Origin: an uncultured Candidatus Saccharibacteria bacterium
Lineage (GTDB): Bacteria > Patescibacteriota > Minisyncoccia > Phycocordibacterales > DATDWN01
Length of the DNA: 23,778 bases
NCBI GenBank assembly: GCA_964366395.1
Contig: CAYITW010000004.1
Location: 1-23,778 of the forward strand
Direction of reading: 5' to 3'
Of this stretch, positions 15,128 to 21,246 are shown one piece after another (the first letter of the stretch is position 1; every line of letters starts with the position of its first letter). A program made the position numbers and the translations under genes. Under the pieces are notes generated by a model. That model ran no database searches. It was not told where the DNA came from and was given only the letters and a program-made list of their open reading frames with translations.

Positions 15128-16231
15128 CTAAAATCTCACTGGTAAGACTGAGTAACTTTCTTTTTCTTCCACAAGTGGAGGACACTTTGTTCCAGTGTGA
15201 TAACCCACAACTTTACCCATAAAACCAGTACTATCTATACAATAAAATTCACTGTTAATAAGTTTTGCAGATAAAGCATACTCGTTCTTCGTGTCATTAC
15301 ACATTATTTTATTGCCGGTCGTTTTTTCTATATAAGAAACACTATCAACATAATATTTTTCTTTATTTTTACATAAACCTGAATAACTATTTGAATTTGA
15401 ATCATAATAAATTTCACTACTAGCTCTCAAGCTGGAAAGGTAGGATTTTATAGCTGCGTTATCTGCTCTTGCTTTGGCTTCTATTTGAAGCTCCGCAATT
15501 TTTGATTCGTTGATAGATAGAGTAGCTAAAACAGATTCTATCTGTTTTATAGTTTTTGGTTCAACGATATCTGTAACAACTAAAAAATGGATATCTCCTT
15601 TTTCAGTTGGAAAGATATATACTGTATTGACTGAAGCTGATCTTCCAAACTTGAATTTACGAACAACCGTCTCACCCAAGTTAATCTCTTCTATTGGAGA
15701 TACTTTATAACCAGACTTTGATATAGCTTCTGGATTATAATAAGCAGAGAGAGTCTTTTCATCAGCAAGTATTCCTAATGATAGGGTTCCGGAACCAGAT
15801 TCTAAACTATCTCCACCAAAAATAAAGGATAATCCCGTAGAAAGCGAAATTCCAGGGTATACATCATATCCTTCTGGACCAAGAATAGACCAATCCTTAG
15901 GGTAACTCAAAGTAAAGAGTCCACTAGAATGAATATACTCAACACTATTTCCATTTTGTATTAATGGATTTGAACTAAATTTATTGAGCACAATAAAAAG
16001 AAAAACTCCTATAAGCATCACCAGCACTATACCCACTAAGAGTGTTTTATTATTGAAAGTATAAGGTTTTTTAGATGTGATATTTATTACAGGAGCAGGA
16101 AAACTTGCATTTAAAACTTCTGAAATATCCGTGTCAGTCCAACCATTACTTTTTAAATCTTGAGATATTTTTTCCTTGGACTGTCCAGCTTTTACCGCTC
16201 CATTTACATAATTTTGTAAATCTAGATTCAT
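15128..16231 (-). CDS. membrane-anchored (single TM near aa 63-82) extracellular protein with Cys-containing C-terminal domain (pilin-like disulfide pattern), hypothetical
   Basis: ORF track. Hydrophobic segment LLVGIVLVMLIGVFLFIVL. C-terminal YY...GLC...MCND...FYCIDSTG...KCPP. AT-rich like the host genome. Confidence 0.65.
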   Translation of the reverse strand: MNLDLQNYVNGAVKAGQSKEKISQDLKSNGWTDTDISEVLNASFPAPVINITSKKPYTFNNKTLLVGIVLVMLIGVFLFIVLNKFSSNPLIQNGNSVEYIHSSGLFTLSYPKDWSILGPEGYDVYPGISLSTGLSFIFGGDSLESGSGTLSLGILADEKTLSAYYNPEAISKSGYKVSPIEEINLGETVVRKFKFGRSASVNTVYIFPTEKGDIHFLVVTDIVEPKTIKQIESVLATLSINESKIAELQIEAKARADNAAIKSYLSSLRASSEIYYDSNSNSYSGLCKNKEKYYVDSVSYIEKTTGNKIMCNDTKNEYALSAKLINSEFYCIDSTGFMGKVVGYHTGTKCPPLVEEKESYSVLPVRF

Positions 16232-16333
16232 TTATATTTTATAAAATAATATCCTTAAATTATATCATCAGGGAATAATAAATGCATTAAATCCTTGTTT
16301 CATTTCAATATTTCTGATAATCTTGTTTCTATT

Positions 16334-16406
16334 GGGCCCTTAGCTTAGTTGGTAGAGCGCCTCATTTGCAATGAGGAGGTCACCAGTTCGAATCTGGTAG
16401 GGTCCA
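16334..16406 (+). tRNA. tRNA-Ala (anticodon UGC), 73 nt, CCA not encoded
   Basis: Cloverleaf folded by hand. Acceptor GGGCCCT/AGGGTCC with the G3:U70 Ala identity pair. D-arm GCTT-AGTTGGTA-GAGC. Anticodon stem CCTCA/TGAGG with loop TTTGCAA. T-arm ACCAG-TTCGAAT-CTGGT. Discriminator A. Confidence 0.9.
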
Positions 16407-16414
16407 CAGACGAC

Positions 16415-16445
16415 AAAAAGATCTGCACTGCTGCAGATTTTTTTG
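16415..16445 (+). terminator. rho-independent terminator after tRNA-Ala (ATCTGCA-ctgc-TGCAGAT + TTTTTTT), nested inside a CACAGACG/CGTCTGTG outer stem
   Basis: Perfect 7-bp stem plus a T-tract of 7, 10 nt after the tRNA 3' end. Confidence 0.7.
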
Positions 16446-16465
16446 CGTCTGTGGAAGCCGCAGGT

Positions 16466-16640
16466 ATGTTTTGTTAGCAAACAAAACAACCGAGGCGGGG
16501 TCGAGGAAGTTTCAATTCGACGGAATTGAAACTATCCGTGACCACAAAATTCTGGCAGGGTCGTGAAAATTTTGGTTTGGCGAAACTAAAATTATTCCTG
16601 ACCATAAAATTAGACCCAACGAACAGAAGTTCGTTGGGTC
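16466..16640. repeat. cluster of perfect palindromes and short direct repeats (TGACCAyAAAATT x2, TAAAATTA x2) between tRNA-Ala and the acyltransferase pair
   Basis: Three perfect palindromes: TGTTTTGTT-agc-AACAAAACA (9 bp), GTTTCAATTC-gacg-GAATTGAAAC (10 bp) and AGACCCAACGAAC-agaa-GTTCGTTGGGTCT (13 bp, 16609-16638). The last abuts the acyltransferase stop and is followed by AATTTTAT on the minus strand, so it is a probable terminator. Confidence 0.5.
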
Positions 16641-17327
16641 TCATCCATAAACTACCTCGTGGGGTAGCTCAAGGAGTATGTTTTGTGTTTGAAGGAGTAT
16701 CTCTTTGTGGTCAACACCAGAAAATTTTCTGGGACATCCAACCCTAACCGTTTTGGTGGATGAATCCACCCAGACTGGAACCATTCTGACACCTGGCATA
16801 GAAACTAGGTGAGTAAAACCGTTACGAAGTGGTTTTATTTTCCTATTTCCATCCCTACTGTAGAGATGTCTATTGCCTCTCTGTCCCTTAGTGACTTTGT
16901 CAGTTCTAGCCCCTTCTGGAAAGATGACAATGTTACCACCTGAATCCAGATGAGCTTCAGCAGAAACCAGACTCCACGAATCACCAGCATTCCGCTTCTT
17001 CCCAACAAAAATGAAAACGGGCCAAACGATCCAAGTGAGCATAGCCCACCAAGTGTGAAAAACGCTTCTCTTGTTTGCCAATATCCGTGGCATATATTTC
17101 GGGCTAAAGGTGTAGTGGGGGCGAAATAGTCCTGGCACAAGAACGGTTTCAATTATTCCAGGGTGATTAGACACTAGTACAATTTTACCGCTCTCCTTTG
17201 GGAAGTTTTCTCGTCCGTTAACCCTCCAAAAACCACTAAACCAAAAGAGTTCAACCGCACCACCAATCACATTTCCCGCAATGGGGTATGTGACGAGGTA
17301 AAACACAATAACCTTAAGTATCTCCAT
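16641..17327 (-). CDS. PlsC-family 1-acyl-sn-glycerol-3-phosphate/lysophospholipid acyltransferase (NHPGIIE H(x)4E variant box, FPEGAR box)
   Basis: ORF track (listed to a TTG at 17381). Likely ATG at 17325-17327 with GGAGAGGGG upstream. Acyltransferase boxes I and III recognisable. Confidence 0.7.
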   Translation of the reverse strand: MEILKVIVFYLVTYPIAGNVIGGAVELFWFSGFWRVNGRENFPKESGKIVLVSNHPGIIETVLVPGLFRPHYTFSPKYMPRILANKRSVFHTWWAMLTWIVWPVFIFVGKKRNAGDSWSLVSAEAHLDSGGNIVIFPEGARTDKVTKGQRGNRHLYSRDGNRKIKPLRNGFTHLVSMPGVRMVPVWVDSSTKTVRVGCPRKFSGVDHKEILLQTQNILLELPHEVVYG

Positions 17328-17441
17328 CACACCCCTCTCCGGCCACGATACTAACACAAAAGCGCTTGTATTCAAAACCAATTTCTAAATATAAATAAAT
17401 GGGACCCAGCGAACTTTCGCTCGCTGGATCCCCTATTAGCC

Positions 17442-18149
17442 TCACGCCACCCTGTCAGCTGTCTCAAGGAAGATCTGTTCCATTTCCTCTACCACTTCCT
17501 TTTTATTTCTGCCATAGAAATCCCTCGGCTCGGAAATGACAAGCTTCATCTTGAAGAAGCTCTCGTATTCGAACCAGACGATTACAGTGACGACACCAGG
17601 TACCTCAGTTGCATATCGCGCGGCGCCATTTTTCAAGCACCGGATTTTGCGACCCGTTTTGCTTGTGAGAAAATGCTTGCCCTCCACCTTCGGCTCGCTA
17701 TCTCCTGTTGGCATCTCACCTGTTCCTTTTGGAGTTCTTCCTCCTTCTGGGAAACCAATAAGATTTCCTCCAGCTTCCAGCTTGCTTAGGGCAATCCTCT
17801 GACTTTCCACGTCCTTACCGCCACGTTCCGCCAGTATTAGCCTGCCCTCAATGAATGGCGTGAACCACCTGTCCCCGTAGTTCTCCTTAGCTGCAATACT
17901 CCACGGACCAAGTTTCGGTCGTATGATGTATTGCTTCAACCAAAAAAGACCGTTGAGGATGAAGTGCTCACCTTTGTAAGGGTGGTTTGAGGCAAGATAG
18001 ATTTTACCTTTTTGTTTTGGAAAATTCTCCAGGCCTTTGATTTCCAAGAACCCGAGAGCAGACCAAATTTCAAACCACAACCCTATCACAGATCCAATAC
18101 AAAGGAATGTGACAAGGTAATACACGAGACGTTTTCTAAGTTCTCTCAT
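17442..18149 (-). CDS. PlsC-family acyltransferase, tandem paralog of the downstream gene (NHPYKGE, FPEGGR boxes)
   Basis: ORF track (listed to a TTG at 18167). Likely ATG at 18147-18149 with AAAGGGGA upstream. Collinear similarity to 16641-17327: SNHP..., GGN(I/L)(V/I)(I/G)FPEG(A/G)RT, NG....(V/M)PGV..V.VW. Confidence 0.7.
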   Translation of the reverse strand: MRELRKRLVYYLVTFLCIGSVIGLWFEIWSALGFLEIKGLENFPKQKGKIYLASNHPYKGEHFILNGLFWLKQYIIRPKLGPWSIAAKENYGDRWFTPFIEGRLILAERGGKDVESQRIALSKLEAGGNLIGFPEGGRTPKGTGEMPTGDSEPKVEGKHFLTSKTGRKIRCLKNGAARYATEVPGVVTVIVWFEYESFFKMKLVISEPRDFYGRNKKEVVEEMEQIFLETADRVA

Positions 18150-18183
18150 CACATCCCCTTTCTGCAAATGATACTACCACAAA

Positions 18184-19176
18184 CTATTTTCTCTTCAAGG
18201 CTAGTTCTAGCACATGATGTAAAAATTCTTTCACTGAAACACCGACAGCATCCAGAGATTTTGGAAAAAGAGATTCCTTAGTTAGCCCTGGAAGTGTGTT
18301 AACTTCCAGAAAATAAACTCCACGTCTTGGAGAAACAATAAAATCTGAACGAGAATAGTGCTCAAGTCCAAAATGCTTATGAACCAGCCCAGACACCCTT
18401 TCGATTTCCCTCTTCTCCTTATCTGTAAAATTGCCGGGGCATATTTCCCTACTCTGACCATTATATTTTGATTCATAATCAAACAAGTTATCTTTGGGAG
18501 GAACTATTTCAATCAAGGGTAATGTGTATATATCTTTAGAACGAAAGTTATCAATAACACCGAGTGTAGCTTCTTTTCCGGAGATAAATTCCTCCACTAG
18601 AGCCATGTCATAGTTAGCTAAAATATTTTCAAGTGCAGACAAAAGTTCTTTAAACGAACTGACTTTAGAAACACCTTGGGAAGAACCTCCATTTGCTGGT
18701 TTTACAACAAGTGGATGCGGGATAGAATTAAAAATTTCTTTTGCCTTTGCTCCCAAATCGTCTGTTCTTCGTACTACCCCGTATACTGGAGTCTTAACCC
18801 CCAGCATCTTAACTCTTTCTTTTACCATCCATTTATTCATGGCTATAGCAGATGGAAACCTACTCGAACCTGTATATGGAACTCCATGATGCTCTAGGAT
18901 TTCCTGAACCTCCCCATCTTCTCCATATTTACCATGCAAAGCATTGAAAACCACATCCACATTTTTCAAAATCCTCTCTGGTGACTTCTCTAGTCCATGC
19001 ATATGCCAAGTGCCATCTCCAGATACAAAAATATCAATAGGTTTGTGTGTCTCTGAAAGATGCTCGAGTACATTTGCTCCTGTCCGTAGTGACACATCGT
19101 ATTCTGGAGAAGTGCCTCCACGGATAACACCTATTCTAAGTGAGTGAGGTAAAACGTTCATGCAAACATTATACAT
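18184..19176 (-). CDS. ddl: D-alanine--D-alanine ligase
   Basis: ORF track. IGVIRGGTSPEYDVSL N-terminal motif, ATP-grasp core, C-terminal EVNTLPG. Alternative ATG start at 19161. Confidence 0.9.
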   Translation of the reverse strand: MYNVCMNVLPHSLRIGVIRGGTSPEYDVSLRTGANVLEHLSETHKPIDIFVSGDGTWHMHGLEKSPERILKNVDVVFNALHGKYGEDGEVQEILEHHGVPYTGSSRFPSAIAMNKWMVKERVKMLGVKTPVYGVVRRTDDLGAKAKEIFNSIPHPLVVKPANGGSSQGVSKVSSFKELLSALENILANYDMALVEEFISGKEATLGVIDNFRSKDIYTLPLIEIVPPKDNLFDYESKYNGQSREICPGNFTDKEKREIERVSGLVHKHFGLEHYSRSDFIVSPRRGVYFLEVNTLPGLTKESLFPKSLDAVGVSVKEFLHHVLELALKRK

Positions 19177-19211
19177 GTAAAATTTTCAATCCTCAATTTT
19201 TAGATAAGAAA

Positions 19212-19232
19212 AAAGGACCCCGAGGAGTCCTT
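19212..19232 (-). terminator. intrinsic terminator/expression-platform hairpin between the structured leader and ddl (minus strand GGAC-t-CC-tcg-GG-GTCC + TTTTTTCTT)
   Basis: GC-rich hairpin followed by a T-tract of 6 on the minus strand, 36 nt upstream of the ddl ATG at 19176. Confidence 0.5.
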
Positions 19233-19519
19233 CGAACGTGTGAGTGTCTTACCGGCGCGTGCTGAATGACAAAACTGAAACAGAGTCGAGTTTTTGAAGA
19301 GAGGAGTCATGGTTGTCTTCGAACCTTTGCAGTTTTACCCGCTAGATTGTAGAACTACCTTTGCCCTTCCTTACAAATTCCATCTCTTGTCTTTCGACTT
19401 GAGCTGGCGTCATTGTGTTTCCTCCGAGTTTTACCCCAGTGGATCCCTCCGACAACTTGAACACTTTCTCGAGTTCGTCACCAGCCCGTGCCGATAAGCT
19501 ACTCAGTTGTTCTGGAGCT
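19233..19519 (-). promoter_or_regulatory. candidate riboswitch-like structured leader/ncRNA upstream of ddl with pseudo-twofold internal repeats (GGGTAAAACT x2; TCGA(G)AAAG...GGA(G/A)GG x2)
   Basis: About 50% GC in an AT-rich neighbourhood. Has its own sigma70-like promoter and a downstream terminator. Repeated half-sites are visible on the minus strand, with a CTCGGAGGAAAC segment resembling c-di-AMP (ydaO) riboswitch cores recalled from memory. Confidence 0.3.
19342..19413 (-). other. 23-codon ORF MTPAQVERQEMEFVRKGKGSSTI with a perfect SD (GGAGGAAACACA-ATG) embedded in the structured leader; leader peptide or coincidental
   Basis: Codons verified base-by-base on the minus strand. GGAGG lies 7 nt upstream of the ATG. 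The GGAGG may instead be part of the conserved RNA core. Confidence 0.2.
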
Positions 19520-19548
19520 ACTGTATACCCATTCTAAAAACAAGTCAA
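19520..19548 (-). promoter_or_regulatory. sigma70-like promoter (minus strand TTGACT-17 nt-TACAGT) driving the structured leader/ddl
   Basis: Plus-strand agtcaa at 19543-19548 and actgta at 19520-19525. 37 nt downstream of the uvrC stop. Confidence 0.35.
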
Positions 19549-19584
19549 CAACTTTTTACAACAGACCGTAAATTAAAGTTTTTG

Positions 19585-20907
19585 TCAAAATTTCCCCCTT
19601 AGAAGCTTATGAAAATTGATGGAGTAACGGTGTGCTTCACTATTTGAAAGTAAAATCTCACGCTCTAATTCTTGCCATTTTTTGCCTGCCGTGAGTGCGA
19701 TCGAACGGTCACCAAGTATCTCGCGAGGTTTATGTCTTTCATCTTTCACTACAGAAACTACTGGTATCTGTATATTGTTTTCCTTGAGAATTTTCTCCAC
19801 AACTTTCTTTTGTGCAATACCTCCATCTACTACTATAAGATCCGGCAATCTCCACTCTATATGAGCAAGTCGTCGTGACAAAACTTCCGCCAGAGCTTTC
19901 GTATCATTCACACCTGGATCGTTTTTTATTTTAAATTTTCTATAGTCTGACTTTTTTATTTCACCATCTTCCATTACGGTCATAACCCCCACCACATTTT
20001 GTCCTGACATATGCGCAATGTCGTAGCTCTCTATCCTAAAATTCGCATATACGCCATGGCGTATAGTGCTATTGAGGTCATCTTTGATGAGTGAGATATC
20101 TTGAATATGGTTTAGAGTAAACAATGTACGTTTAGCAATGTTTGCCTTTTCAAACTCCCGAGCCTTTGCGAAACTTTTCATTTGTTTCTCAAGGTTTTTC
20201 ACTAGCTTCTTTTTATTACCTTCAAAAAACAAAATTATATTTTGGATTTGCTTAGCATATTCTTCTTTCGAAATCTCCCCAGTGCAAACCCCAGGGCAGA
20301 GCCCTATCTGCCTATTGAAACAAGGTCTACCTGAAAGAGGTTCACATTTGTCTCGATACGGGAACATCTTGCGAACTATCTTCATTGCTTCCTTTAACTG
20401 ACTCCCATTTGGAAAGGGTCCAAACGAATATCCAATCTTCAAATCACCAGAATTTCTTATCTTACGATATATCGTAAGATAAGAATTATTTAAAAGTTCT
20501 CTACTACGCATAATAAGAATGCGAGGAAAGTCTTCCTTAGTTATAACCATAAAATTGAAACTCTTATTATCTTTTTCTTTTATATTTGCTTCTGGTTGAT
20601 ATTTTTTTATGAGCTGCGCCTCTAAAACAAGTGCCTCAAGAACAGAATCTGTTTTTATAAAATCAATTTTATCGAAAGTGCCCAACATTTTGTAAATTAG
20701 TGGACTTCTTGTTTCAATTATGTCTGCTCGAAAATAACTTCGCACACGGTCTCGAAGTGATGTAGCTTTACCAACATAAAGTATTTCACTTTTGCCTTTT
20801 GCCGTTTGCCTTTTAGACTTCCCTCCTCCTCGGCGGGCAAGAAATAAATACACCCCTGGTGTATCTGGTAGTTTAGCTGTTAATTTTTTAAGGTCTTGAC
20901 TTTTCAT
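19585..20907 (-). CDS. uvrC: excinuclease ABC subunit C, short form (GIY-YIG nuclease, UvrB-interacting region, RNase-H-like endonuclease domain; no C-terminal HhH domain)
   Basis: ORF track; ATG at 20905-20907. GVYLFL...ILYVGKATSLRDRVRSYF GIY-YIG motifs. The C-terminal end at 440 aa is shorter than canonical UvrC of about 600 aa. Confidence 0.85.
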   Translation of the reverse strand: MKSQDLKKLTAKLPDTPGVYLFLARRGGGKSKRQTAKGKSEILYVGKATSLRDRVRSYFRADIIETRSPLIYKMLGTFDKIDFIKTDSVLEALVLEAQLIKKYQPEANIKEKDNKSFNFMVITKEDFPRILIMRSRELLNNSYLTIYRKIRNSGDLKIGYSFGPFPNGSQLKEAMKIVRKMFPYRDKCEPLSGRPCFNRQIGLCPGVCTGEISKEEYAKQIQNIILFFEGNKKKLVKNLEKQMKSFAKAREFEKANIAKRTLFTLNHIQDISLIKDDLNSTIRHGVYANFRIESYDIAHMSGQNVVGVMTVMEDGEIKKSDYRKFKIKNDPGVNDTKALAEVLSRRLAHIEWRLPDLIVVDGGIAQKKVVEKILKENNIQIPVVSVVKDERHKPREILGDRSIALTAGKKWQELEREILLSNSEAHRYSINFHKLLRGKF

Positions 20908-20942
20908 AAATAATACTTTATTATAACAGAGGGAGGATAGTT

Positions 20943-21200
20943 ATGAGAAGCACGATTTTTGTTGTAGTATTTGGTGTGTTGACAGTTTTTCTTTTGATGA
21001 AGGATGGTACACCAGTCGATGCAAAACAGGAGCTGGAGTTGCGACTGGGCAGACTACATGAGCATGCTCGCTCAGAGAACCGGAGAATCGCTGCAACTTG
21101 TGATACTGGGAACGGTACGATGATTTACACCGTAGATTCGGGGTCATGGGATGGTGGTGTCGCAATCGCAATCCAACCAAACGGATGTACAAAGAAGTAA
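20943..21200 (+). CDS. small secreted protein (85 aa, N-terminal signal peptide), hypothetical
   Basis: ORF track. Strong SD AGGGAGGA 6 nt before the ATG. Hydrophobic STIFVVVFGVLTVFLL. Followed by a perfect terminator. Confidence 0.5.
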   Translation: MRSTIFVVVFGVLTVFLLMKDGTPVDAKQELELRLGRLHEHARSENRRIAATCDTGNGTMIYTVDSGSWDGGVAIAIQPNGCTKK

Positions 21201-21214
21201 TGTGTACCGGATGT

Positions 21215-21246
21215 GCGCCGAGGGAAACCTCGGCGCCATTTTTTAT
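21215..21246 (+). terminator. rho-independent terminator (GCGCCGAGG-gaaa-CCTCGGCGC + CATTTTTTATTTAT)
   Basis: Perfect 9-bp GC stem with a GAAA tetraloop and a T-tract. Overlaps the 3' end of convergent uvrA. Confidence 0.75.

Noticed and set aside
17328-18167. ORF-track N-terminal extensions of the two acyltransferases (to 17381 and 18167) and of flavodoxin-like (11312), mltG (11327) and flotillin (8017)
   Set aside because: These extended starts are TTG/GTG codons without an RBS. Downstream ATGs with strong purine-rich SDs, and family-typical N-termini, indicate the shorter forms.
20941-21192. ORF 20941-21192 (-), 83 aa
   Set aside because: It is exactly antisense to the better-supported small secreted protein gene (strong SD and terminator on the + strand). 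It has no RBS.
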